A stretch of DNA of 64,000 bases, taken from the NCBI RefSeq assembly GCF_009914755.1, contig NC_060927.1; one strand, written 5' to 3'. How positions within the stretch are numbered: position 1 is the first letter of the stretch; each line of letters starts with the position of its first letter. Made by a program: the position numbers and the translations under genes. Under the pieces are notes generated by a model that did no database searches, had not been told where the DNA came from, and was given only the letters and a program-made list of their open reading frames with translations. Shown piece by piece: positions 49,001-64,000 of the stretch. The DNA comes from the human T2T-CHM13v2.0 reference genome, Homo sapiens.

Positions 49001-49918
49001 ATTATTAATAATATTTTAAAAAATTGTTACTGAATTTTTTTACAGTAGAAGGGAACATGAGACAATCCATATGATACTATTAGTTTGGGAGATGAAGTTG
49101 CAAAATTGTGAGGCAGAAAAATGTTAAAAGTAGGCACTAAAGGACTAAGAAGTTACAATCTTGGCTTTAATGTATCCAATGACAGGTGCCATGGTTTGCT
49201 TCCTCCAGAGTCTAACAGGCAAAATAGTATTTGTAAACATTTTCTTGCCTCTACTATGCCTAGGCTAGCAGTCTTTAAAGATAGTCTTTAATGGGAGGAT
49301 TGCCTATTTATCTTATGATGTACCTGTGGAACAGAATTTTAGGGGCTTCATTTATCTTCCAGGTAGAAAAGAGCTGATAAGGGGTTATGGAGATGTTGTC
49401 ACCTGGCATTATATGCTATAATCCTTGGTCACATTTATAAGTTTTTTTATTCTAATACAATGGATCTGAGTGTCATTAGGAGCCTTGCAGACAAGTGTTT
49501 CTGGGTAACTTCTCAGTAACATCTTTGACATTTGTTTAGTTGCAGACCTAAATGGCCACTGATGGATACTGCAGTTTCAGTAAGCAGTGGAGTTTATTTC
49601 CCTGGAAGTAGAATGAGGCAGACCCAGAATATTGTAGAGTGCTTGTCATCAGCTGTATTTCTTCATGGCCCAGAAAAACTCCTATGTAACTTCCCTTAGA
49701 GAAATGAAACTGAACGGGAAGCAGAAGTAGTTACTGGATGATGTTGGACCTGGGAATTCTGAATGAGTCAGTTCAATTCCTGCAGGGTATCCTGTCTGAA
49801 AGAAATTAGGGCAGTATGCAGTGCAAGGCTTGCAGGGCTCATAGGTCTTTCTGTTATGTTCTTTCAGGGGTAGCAATGGTCAGGATAGCTTCTCACTACA
49901 CAAGATGTGATTAGTTTT

Positions 49919-50010
49919 GTTTTTTTTTTTTTTTTTTGAGACGGAGTCTTGCTGTGTCGCCCAGGCTGGAGTGCAGTGGCACCATCTCTGCTCACTGTAA
50001 GCTCTGCCTC
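49919..50010 (-). mobile_element. Severely 5'-truncated AluY-like insertion
   Basis: T-tail plus ~73 bp of Alu 3' end; 18-bp TSD caagatgtgattagtttt at 49901-49918 and 50011-50028. Confidence 0.9.
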
Positions 50011-50107
50011 CAAGATGTGATTAGTTTTTGTTCCTCGCTTTGGGGAGCGTGTGTGGCAGTGTTTAAAAATAATGCCCTCCTGTTGGTTCTTAGGGAACAA
50101 AGTCTTC

Positions 50108-50482
50108 TGGTATGGTTTTGCTGGGTCCTCACCCAAATCTCATCTTGAATTGTAGCTCCCATAATTCCCACATGTTGTGGGAGGGACCCGGTGGGAGATA
50201 ACTGAATCATGGGGACGATTTTCCCCATACTGTTTTTTGAGGTAGTGAATAAGTCTCACAAGATCTGTTGGTTTTGTGGTAAGGGGAAACCCCTTCTGCA
50301 TGGCTCTCACTTCTCTCTAGCCCACCAGCATGTAAGAAGCCCCTTTACTCTTTCTTCATCTTGTGCCGTGATTGTGAGGCCTCCCCAGCCATGTGGAACT
50401 GTGAGTCAATTAAACCTCTTTCCTTTGTAAATTACCAGTCTTGGGTATGTCTTTATTAGCAGCATGAGAACAGACTAATACA
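50108..50482 (+). mobile_element. THE1 (C/D-like) MaLR solo LTR
   Basis: tggtatggtttt...cacccaaatctcatcttgaattgtagctccc...agcatgagaacagactaataca; 5-bp TSD tcttc/ccttc. Confidence 0.88.
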
Positions 50483-50757
50483 CCTTCTTGGTTTTTTTTT
50501 TTTTTGGCAAAATTTCAACACGTTAGTCTTTAACTCTCTAGTGAATGTTGGAGCAGTCTCCAGATTGCTTAAAACTGAACTAGGGGTACAGTCCATAAGG
50601 AAAATATGCCCTGAGGGGCTGTATGTGTGCAGCCGTATGTATGGAGCTGTGATTTGTTGTCATCTGAAATTCTAGGCTATAATAATTGTTCCTGGGGCTC
50701 AAAGAAACCATGACGGGTTACTACCAATAACGTTCTGGTGGGATGTTGGTTCACGCC

Positions 50758-51218
50758 TGTGAGAAACACTCATTTACTCATCCAAACCCAAAGAATGGAC
50801 TTGGAGACATGAAGAACAGCGGAAGCAAGACTTTTATTGGCGGTCTTGCAAGATCTGGTGTCTGGTAGGCAGTCACACCGGGGACAGTTACAACAGGTAA
50901 TTTATCTCCTAGCACGCAAGTCCCTCCCCCAGCTCCTCATTGGTTGAGTACTATGGGGTTACAATCTTCCTGGACATTGCCTAAGTTTTATTATCCCCCT
51001 TATAAGGTTATACCGTGGTCCCTTTCCCCACTTCAGTTTCGATTTCCCAATAATGAAACTTTCTCCCCTTTTAGGGGCTGACCCCTCCTCTACATTCTGT
51101 TCACTTATCATGACCTTCTGGGTGCATGAGCTGTGTGGTTTATTACATCCACAGGCTGGCTTCCAGTACTTAGATTTATTATGCCTCGAAAATGGACCAC
51201 TTAAAATGTTTTCTCACA
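50758..51218 (-). repeat. 3' LTR (461 bp)
   Basis: Terminal inverted repeats; AATAAA on the minus strand at 50833-50838; preceded by purine tract aaatagaaaaggaaggaa (PPT, ~51221-51239). Confidence 0.93.
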
Positions 51219-51289
51219 AATTTCCTTCCTTTTCTATTTACTTCCTTTGGTCTCATTTTCATCTAAACCCTTTTGGTCCTCAAATTGCT

Positions 51290-53233
51290 TTAGAAGTCAT
51301 TTACTTTCTTCCTTATAGGAGAGTGAGTTTATTTTGGTTTCTAATAGTAGCAGGTTATTTTGCTGGTAACTTATTGGCATTGTTTATTAATAGCTGTTTT
51401 AATTAATCTCTGTGCTAGTCCCCTCACACACAAGTAATACTACATCCCACTGCTAAGACTCCTGCTACAATTATGAGAGATGTAAGGATTGAAGCCACCA
51501 TGCCTTTCCATTTTCCAAACCAACCATTTAGCCAACCCGTAAATGGGTTGTTAATTCCAGCATTTTCTGCCTGTTCGTTGGCTAGAGTTGTCAGTCCTTG
51601 TAAAGCTTTTGTGATGGTCCCATCTGGGGCAGTGTTGTTGGGAATGAAAGTATAACGTTTCCCACCCAGCATAACACTTACACCCCCTTTTTCTGGTATT
51701 ACGTCTAGTGCAAGCCTGTTTTTCCAGGCCATTGGGCTGGTGGCATCTAACTGGCTAGCCATCCCTTTGAGGGTGTCCTGAGTATAATTGATGAATCTTT
51801 GTTGATTATAATAGATGTAGTTAATCTAGTTCACATTCTTATTAATAGTTGACCACAGAAGAGTGCTGACTCAAACCCAGCAGCTATTTGGTTTTGGGCC
51901 TTAAATTTATTCGGCACTCCCCTAGGGACTCCTATTGAGTCAACATATATATTGACATTAAAAGAGTTTGTCAAATCTCTCTGCTTTCAGTGGCCGTGTG
52001 TGTTTTCAGGTATCTTATGGAATGCCAGGGTGAAGGGAATGGCCAATTAGACTAAAGCACAAGTCCCGGTCCAGTTGGATGGTAACAAGTTGGGGAGGTT
52101 CCTTTTCCCACAGTACCACCAGACGTTAGCCTGGGGTATATGGAGAGCCAAGTGATTGCCATCGCCTGACTTACCAGTGATGTTTAGGATGTGCGTACAA
52201 GTTGAGAGTTTTCCCACGGGCTTATTGAACTCTGCCCCCTATCTAGAGAGGCAAGAGGAGTGGTTCATATTCCCTAGAGAGAATGAGGGGATTGCTTTGG
52301 GATCTGACCTCTGCAATGTGGGAAAGAGCAGTGACAGACTCTTTACAAGTCTTGTTTCCCCATGCGTCCTTGTCCTGGTATAGAGCCAACATGCAATCCA
52401 TTTCTTCAGGATCAGTATCCCATCCTAGGGGAAATGGAACCACCTGTGCCTGAGGTCCTCCCGTAGCACACGCATAGCAGTCACTCTTGTTGAAGGCTTG
52501 TACCGAAAATTTGATCCATTTGACCCAGGCGTTTACATCCCTGCACCCTGTCTCAATTTCTAAGGTTTGCCTTAAATCCTTTACCTCAATTATTTTTACC
52601 TTTTAGGGTTATTATTTGGCAGACTAAAGTGTTTATTAGGGTCTGGAGTTGGAGTAGTTCCAGGCAAATGAGAGGTTGAGTTTTTTATTAGTTTGAGAAC
52701 AAATCACCCTATGGGGTCTTTCCCTGTGATGTCTGCCCCTCACGTATATACCTGAGACACTACTTTTGGTTCTTGGCCTAGAGTGGCTGGATTGCTAATG
52801 GCAATGAGTATAGGGTTGCGTTCTAAATTTTGGCAGTTATTTGGCAAGGAGCCCTTGGACAGATGTAGTTTATTCTTTAAGTGTCTTCAGCTCGGAGTTA
52901 CCCACCCCGTGTTTACTGTCCAACCCTGAATTGGGTGGTTCACCATACATCATCCCAGCTGGGGCATGGTAATGCCATACTGTAATCTGTATCTGGTTCA
53001 GGGCAAAGATGTTTATTCACTTGTGAGAGCTATCTCTGAGTTTCAAAATTCCCACAAGGTGAGACCTGGCAGGCATCGAATCTTATAGTCTGGGGTGCTA
53101 CCATCTTGGTTACATAGATTACAAACCTGATTGGGTAGGGAGGAGTTGCCTGCAAGTTTCCATTTTGACCTTCTGCTCTTTGCGTAGTAGGCCGTCTCAG
53201 CCATATTAACTTCCAGAAATGGGGCCAGCCCAT
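51290..53233 (-). pseudogene. ERV env remnant
   Basis: Start MGWPHFWKLIWL at 53233; TM ORF 51424-51762 with immunosuppressive-domain-like AWKNRLALD, eroded CX6CC region, FIPNNTAPDG and hydrophobic anchor; many stops and frameshifts. 3' boundary approximate. Confidence 0.85.
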
Positions 53234-53242
53234 GTTTTCTTT

Positions 53243-56200
53243 TTAGATTTTTCTCAGAGTTAACTTTAAGGGTTACTTAAAGTTAACCTCTGCAATGTGG
53301 GAAAGAGCAGTGACAGACTCTTATAAGTCTTGTTTCCCCATGCATCCTTGTCCTGGTATAGAGCCAACGTGCAATCCACTTCTTCAGGATCAGTATCCCA
53401 TCCTAGGGGAAATGGAACCACCTGTGCCTGAGGTCCTCCCGTAGCACAGGTGATCCATGCACTTTCCACTGGTCTTGTTCCTTCCCTTCCGAGGTCTCTT
53501 TTACCAGTCCCTTGACTTGAGTACAGTGAGTCCACCCCTGTTCAGCCGTTTGCACGGCCATCTTAGTGGTCAGGAGCACTTCATAGGGACCTTCTCAGGT
53601 TGGGTGGAGCTTGTCTTCTTAACAAGTCTTAATCAGCACCAAGTCACCAGGGTGGAAATGGTGAACTGTGAACTCAAGAGGAAGAGTTTGAGTCAGAAGT
53701 CCTTTTAACCTAAGGGATGACAGGGTAGAGGATATGGCCAGTATATAATTTCTTAAGAATTGATCCTTGGTTTCCAAAGTAGGAAGATCTGTAGCTCTGC
53801 CCAAATATGGGAGCCCATATAATAACTCGTAGGGGGACAATCCCAAGTCTTTTCTTGGGGCTGTCCTAATTCTGAGGAGTGCTATTGGGAGACATTTCAT
53901 TCAAGGCATTTTAGTTTCTAAGATTAGTTTGGTGATATGCTTTTTGAGAGTTTGATTCATTCTTTCTACTTTTCTAGAGGAAGGGGGATACCAAGGAGTG
54001 TGATAATCCCATCTAATTTGTAAACCTTCCATAATTCCCCTTAATACCCTTGAGGTAAAGTGGCTCCCATTGTCTGAATTAATATTTTCCACCAGGCCAA
54101 ATCTAGGTACATTCTGTTCTAATTTTATTTTGACCACATTCCCAGCAGTGGCTGTTGGGAGTGGAAAGACTTCCACCTAGCCAGAAAGGTGATCTCTGAT
54201 CACCAGTAAATACTTTAGTTTTCCTACTTTGGGCATTTCTGTGAAATTTATTTGAATGCTTTGAAATGGTCTTAGTCTGGGAGGTCTTCCTCCTGTGGCC
54301 TGTTTTCTAATCACCTTTTTGTTTATCCTTTGACAAGTTACACAGCTTCCACGTACTTGTTTAGCAAAAGTGTAACTCCCTATACACTCATCATTCCTAT
54401 GTATTGTATTACACAGAGCCTGGGGTCCCCATTGACTCCCTTTGTGTAATACAGACGTTAGTTCTCTCATCAGGGGTTTACTTATTTCTCTCCCATCAGG
54501 AAGTACCCACTTCCCGTTTTCAGTTTGTGTGACCCCTATCCTAATTCTTCCTTCTCCTTTCTGGTAAACTGGGGCCTTAATACTACCTTAGGGATGTCTG
54601 GGATCAGGCTAAATAGTCTAATTTCTTCCTCCAGGGAGGCTTGCATAGCAGCTTTATCTGCAAGCTTGTTTCCTACAGCTTCTATAGTGTTACCTTTCTG
54701 ATGACCATTTATGCGAACTATGGCAACCTCTGCTGGAAGCTGGAGGCTTTCTAAAACCTGTTTGACCAGTTCCCCATGTACCAATTCTTTTCCCCTGCTA
54801 TTTATTAGGCCCTGCACTGTCCAGATTTTTCCAAAAGTGTGTACCACCCCATAGGCATATTTAGAATTAGTGAATATAGTGCCTTCTTGGCCTTCAAGGA
54901 GCTTTAGCGCCTGGTTAAAAGCATATAATTCACAGGTTTGGGCCAACCAACCATTAGGTAATCTACCTTTCTCACATAAGGAGTGTTTATTTCCATCAGT
55001 GATAGCATAACCATTATCTCTCTTGCCATCTATCCACTTGGGACAACCCATCCACAAACAGCCTTATCCCATCATGTTGTGGAGCTTCCCTAAGGTCAGG
55101 TTTAGCTTTGATTTTGTATTCAGTGATATCTAAGCAGTTATGGTCTGATGGCTCTTTGTTCTCTCCTTTGTATAGGAAACTGGCTGGATTCAGGCAAGTA
55201 TTTGTTGTTACGACCAAATCTTTTTTTTCTAGTAATATGGCTTCATATTTTAGAATCTGAGAATCCAGTAACCATCTCCTGGCTTTTTGATTTAATATAT
55301 TCCTGACCTGGTGTGGGGTGCTTACTATTAGGGCCCCACCAAAGGATAGCTTTCGACTCTCCTCTACCAGCAGGGCTGTGGCAGCTACTGCTTGTACACA
55401 TTCGGGCCACCCGAGAGAGACAGGATCAAGAAGCTTGGAGACAAAAGCAATATGTTGCCTCTTCCCTCCCCAGGTTTGAGTGAGCACCGCAAGGGGCATG
55501 CCCTGGTCTACTGTTACAAACAGATGGAATGGTTTCTCTAAAGATGGGAGGACTAGGGCCGGGGCTGTAATGAGGGCCTGTTTTAGTTCTTTCACTGCCT
55601 GAATTTCTTCTGGGGACCATTGCAAGGAATCAGGTTCCTCCTCTAGTAGTTTCAGATACACAATCTTTGTCTTTTGAGCATATGACTTAATCTATAACCT
55701 ACAACAGCCAGTTAAACCTAAAAATTTTCAGAGTTCTCTCTTGGTCTTAGGAAAAGGTAGACCCTCTATTCCTGATATTCTCTCTGGGTTTATTCTCTTT
55801 CCTTCACTAATCAGGTGTCCTAAATATTTAACTTCTTTTTCTACAGACTGCAGTTTGTTTTTAGAGACTTGCAATCCCCTCTCTCCTAGGAAATTATTAT
55901 AGTGGTTTCTGATACCTTGGCTCTCCTCTCCCCAGAAATTAAAAGATCATTTACATATTGTAACAACTGGGTTTCCCTGGAAGGTTGGAATTCCTCCAGG
56001 ACTTTTTCTAAGACTTGACCAAATAAGTTTGGGGCTTCCGTGAAGCCTTCTTGCAGCACAGTACAGTGGTATTGTTGTTTTCTCCCAGTTGTAGGATTTT
56101 CCCATTCAAAGGCAAAGAGGTCCCTGCTCCTAAGGTCTAGGGGACATGCCCAGAATGCATCTTTTAGATCTACCACACTGAACCACTTATGTTCATAGGG

Positions 56201-56910
56201 TATCTTACTAAGGAGGGTGTAGGGGTTGGGCACCACAGGGTGGCAGGTCTGGACAATTTGATTTATAGTCCTTAGATTTTGCACCAATCTATACGACCCA
56301 TCAGGCTTTTTGACTGGGAGAATTGGAGTATTGTATGGTGACATGCAGGGTTCTAATAGTCCATCTTTAATTAATTCCTCTATTACTGGTTGGAGCCTTT
56401 TTCTCCCTTCAGTAGAAATGGGATATTGTTTTCTGCAAACTACTTCTCCTGGTTGTTTTAGTTCAGTCTGTAAGGGTGTGATTTTTAACCCTCCGCTGTT
56501 GCCTTTTTCTAATCGACACATAGGGATTATTTTGTCTTTCTTCCTCCTTTATTAGGAGGCCCATTATGACTTTTAATTGTTCTGCCTGTATTCCTAATTC
56601 TAAACCCAATCTCACAATCAGGTCTCCACCCAGGAGGTTAGTTTCTGCTTTGGGAACATATAAGAGTGACCTCTCAGTTTGTTCTGGTCCCAATCTAATT
56701 AACATTTTCTTGAATATTGGAACCTGAAATCTCTCCCTTTTAATCCCTGATACTGTCAATTTTTCCTTGGTTCAGTACCCCTTGGTGAATTAGGGAGGAG
56801 CAAGCCGCCCCAGTATCAACCAAAAATGTCCCTTCTTTTTCCTCAGGTCCCACCTTCAAATTTATCAAGGGTTCCTAGTGGGACCTACTCAGAAGGAACC
56901 TCTGACCCCA
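53243..56910 (-). pseudogene. ERV pro-pol remnant (protease, RT, RNase H, integrase)
   Basis: FLVDTGA (~56806-56826); RT SPYNTPILPVKKPDG, DLKDAF, LLQYVND (YVDD mutated); RNase H ELYA..NSKYAYG..GNKLAD; integrase SDNGSHF, VERMNQTLK, GPY; split over several frames. Confidence 0.93.
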
Positions 56911-58877
56911 ATAGTCTTCATTAATGGTCATGAGGGGGATTACCTTTTCTTCCTCTTTTTTTTTTTTGATTTATACTTTAAGTTCTAGGGTACATGTGCA
57001 CAACATGCAGGTTTGTTACATATGTATACATGTGCCATGTTGGTGTGCTGCACCCACTAACCCGTCATTTACATTAGGATATCTCCTAATGCTATCCCCC
57101 GCCTCCTCCTACCCCACGACAGGCCCTGGTATGTGATGTTCCCCACCCTGTGTCCAGGTGTTCTCATTGTTCAGTTCCCACCTGTGAGTGAGAACATGCA
57201 GTGTTTAGTTTTCTGTCCTTGGCGATAGTTTGCTCAGAATGATGGTTTCCAGCTTCATCCATGTCCCTGCAAAGGACATGAACTCATCCTTTTTTATGGC
57301 TGCATAGTATTCCATGGTGTTCTTAATCCATTCTATCATTGTTGGACATTTGGGTTGGTTCCAAGTCTTTGCTATTGGGGTCTTCTTTTTTCTATTCAGG
57401 ACATTCTCTTAAAATGCCCTGGCTTTCCACACTCGTAACATCCACTCTTAGGAGCTTTTTCCTGCGTTTCCCTTCTTTCTCTGTGTCAGAATCTATCATT
57501 CCCTTCTCTCCTTTGAGGGGGATTTTGATTTAACGTTTTTCTGACTACCTCTTCCACAGTGGAAACCATGATTTTTGCTTTTTGTTTTTGCTTCTCTTCC
57601 TCTGTCCTTACAAAGACCTTCTGAGCTTCCCTGAATAATTCCTTAATCAGTTTTTTATTCTATCCATCAATCTTGTCTAATTTTTTTGTAATGTCAGGCC
57701 AGCTCTATGTTACAAAGTTAGCCTTCAAAAGGCCTTGCCCTACTGGGTCCTCCGGATCTAATTTTCTCATGTGATTTTTGAGCCTCTGCAGGAATGCGGA
57801 GGGAATTTTCTCTTTTTCTTGTTGAATCTCGAATGCCTTTGAGACATTTTGTGTCCTAGGAGTGGACTCTTTGATCCCTTTAATTATTCTCTGAGGTCCT
57901 GCATTTGGGCTTGGTCCCTGGGATTATTATTATCCCATTTGGGGTCAACATTTGGAGATTTTTGTTCAGCTGGCAAGACTTCTTGCCCAGGAGGGTGTTG
58001 CCTCTCCCAGATGGTCATGGCTGCTCTCTTAATCATTCCCCTTTCTTCTCCTGTGAATAGGCTATTCATGATAGATATCATTTCAGCCCAGGTGTAAAAG
58101 CTGGGTCCTACGAATTGGTCCAGCTGGACTGCTAAACTGAGGGCATCTTCTAGGAGTGATTTCATTTCCTTCTTGAAATTCTTAACTTCAGTACTTGTAA
58201 GAGGAGCATTTACAAAGCCAATATCTCCGTGTCCCATGGGAGCTTCCCGAAGAGGGAACATTGCTAGATGCCTGCTGTGTGGAAGGGATAGGGAAGTTCT
58301 CAGTATCCCTCTTACACTGTTCTAATTCTTTTCTTAAATTTGGATAAGGATTTAAAGGAGCAGTTGGTTTGGCTCTCCTGTGGTCTCCAGGTCTATCTTC
58401 CTCTAACCCTCCTGCTGCCCCTTGATTTTCCTGTCCACTATTTTGTGAGATGTATGGAGGGGGCATGCGTGATAGGTGGTTCCAGGGCCTTTCACTGGGT
58501 GAGGGCTTTTTATTAGGTTCTTTTTCTTCTTCTTTGAGGGGGAACATGGGAGCTAATTTTTTGATCCAGCAGAGTGTAACCTACCTCTTCTTGTGAGGAT
58601 GGAGTTTTATCATTTACATAGAGAATTAAAGCTTGGCACACCCAATCCTCATCTGAGCCAAACTTAGGCCAAAAAAGATCGAAGGCTTATGAATAGGGTC
58701 TTTGGGCCAGATAAAACAGCGATGCCTTATCTTTTGCTTTTCCTTTTGCCTGGTTCAAGGGTTGTCCCTTCAAACCTTCAGCATTCTCCCCAAAGGACTA
58801 TCTGGGGGAATGTCAGAGGGAGTCTCTTTGGCTCCCTCTTTGCTTTGTACCCTAGGTTTAGGATTTCTGTTTCCCAT
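56911..58877 (-). pseudogene. ERV gag remnant interrupted by an L1 fragment
   Basis: MGNRNPKP start at 58877; capsid MFPLREAP...GFVNAPLTSTEV; MHR-like KAFEIQQEKEKIPSAFLQRL (~57780-57840); zinc knuckle CYECGKPGHFKR with a 2-nt loss before the last Cys (57401-57440). Confidence 0.88.
56956..57377 (-). mobile_element. 5'-truncated L1PA 3' end inserted in ERV gag
   Basis: T-tail then tatactttaagttctagggtacatgtgcacaac...ttggacatttgggttggttccaagtctttgctattg; TSD ambiguous. Confidence 0.92.
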
Positions 58878-59315
58878 TTTTGATCAGCCTCTATGTCTGA
58901 GCTTTCTTCCCTGTGTACTCGACCCGCGCTACTAGAGGTTTCTTGCACACCCTGAGCATCGGTTTGTCCGTCTCTGGCTGTTTGCGTCGCAGGAGAACGG
59001 AACCGTGGATTGGGACTCCGCACTTGCTTCATATCTAAGATACATCTCAGTTGCACACACTTGACCTCTGAAAATGCCCAACCACTAAGGCAGTACTTAC
59101 AGTCTAATTTTCCTACCTGGGCTCCTGCACAAGGTTGCCTGGTTGCTGCAGTGTGTGCTTTTCTCCCTGTGTTGTCTCTGCTGCCTCTGGAATAACAGTC
59201 TTGGGTTTGTCTATGGCCTCTGCCGGGTGCTGGAATACCCAGACAGAGCAGGCCACCTAAATTGATGGGATGTGTCTCCCCCTTGACCGGAGTTCCACTC
59301 CATGCAGGCACAGAG

Positions 59316-59333
59316 ATCCTGGTTGGGCCCCCA
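59316..59333 (-). other. Primer-binding site, tRNA-Pro/Ile-like
   Basis: TGGGGGCCCAACCAGGAT, 4 nt after the 5' LTR; 14/18 match to the Pro PBS TGGGGGCTCGTCCGGGAT. Confidence 0.75.
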
Positions 59334-59337
59334 GGTT

Positions 59338-59754
59338 TGTGAGAAACACACATTCACCCATGCAAACCCAAAAAATGGACTTGGAGACACCATCCCGTGT
59401 GTGGTAGGCAGGCACACCTGGGGCAGTTACGACAGGCAATTTATCTCCTAGCACACAAGTCCCTCCCCCAGTTCTTCATTGGTTGAGTACTGTGGAGTTA
59501 CAATCTTCCCAGATGTGTAAGTTTTATTATCACCCTTAGAAGGTTATATCCTCGTCCCCTTCCCCACTTAAGTTTCGATTTCCCAATAACGAAACTTTCT
59601 TTCCTTTTATGGGCTGACCCCTCTTCTACAGTCTGTTCACTTATCATGACCTTCTAGGTGCATGAGCTGTGCAGTTTGTTACATCCGCAGGCTGGCTGCC
59701 AGTCCTTAGGTTTATTATGACTTGAAAATGGACCATTTAAAATGTTTTCTCACA
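59338..59754 (-). repeat. 5' LTR (417 bp, with ~41-bp internal deletion)
   Basis: Homologous to 50758-51218; CCAAT at 59478-59482 and TATA-like GATAAA at 59440-59445 on the minus strand. Confidence 0.93.
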
Positions 59755-59989
59755 CCCCTAATCCCTACCACATTTGGTTGGACAAACTTGACAATTTAGA
59801 CCATTCAGCACATGATAGATGTTTTAGTCAAGGTCTTGACCCCAATTGCACAAATCCTTTAGTTTGTAGAACTTTGCTGTGGATTGGCATGAATATTCTA
59901 GCTGCAGTGATATATCCCTCTTGCTTGCTGTTAAGTATCTTATATCATTGTACTTGTTTTAGGACAGTGTGTCAGTCCTTTTGAATATT

Positions 59990-64000
<4,011 letters not shown>

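Larger units (their letters stand above)
50758..59754 (-). mobile_element. Near full-length decayed class I ERV provirus, HERV-I/HERV-IP group (probably LTR10-family LTRs), antisense in ARL8B intron 1
   Basis: Two homologous LTRs with TGTGAGAAA...TTTCTCACA termini, PBS, PPT, gag-pro-pol-env order; flanks cgcc/cccc (possible decayed 4-bp TSD). Family assigned from recalled Gag/Env similarity and the Ile/Pro-like PBS. Confidence 0.93.

Noticed and set aside
51424-51762. Possible co-opted (syncytin- or suppressyn-like) env
   Set aside because: Env is fragmented by stops and frameshifts and the TM cysteine motif is lost.
59440-59470. p53 response element, as known for some LTR10 subfamilies
   Set aside because: Only one imperfect half-site (GGACTTGTGT on the minus strand) was seen; no convincing full site.

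Overview
Hominid (human or great-ape) genomic DNA, very Alu-dense, spanning the 5' end of ARL8B (human 3p26.1 by recall). Coding exon 1 of ARL8B (32397-32519, +) lies in a CpG island and intron 1 runs to the end of the window. Upstream are an orphan CpG-rich element (~5.8-6.3 kb), an ancient full-length CD24 processed pseudogene broken up by seven Alu-type inserts and an ERV1 solo LTR (9463-13797, 15-bp TSD), a full-length SVA (23162-24681, -, 16-bp TSD) and an Alu-riddled ERV1 solo LTR next to the promoter. Intron 1 holds a near-complete, decayed HERV-I/HERV-IP-type provirus on the minus strand (50758-59754: LTR, PBS, gag, pro-pol, env, PPT, LTR). Almost all tracked ORFs are Alu, SVA or low-complexity artefacts. 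I see no evidence for a new multi-gene system. The best leads are evolutionary or regulatory: an ancestral-state CD24 fossil, a hairpin-associated templated duplication in the provirus, a 5'-LTR deletion removing the poly(A) signal, repeated reuse of one insertion site, short templated duplications, and a repeated AAGRGTTAA module after exon 1. Repeat family names come from recalled consensus sequences, not a search. Boundaries of old repeats are approximate.
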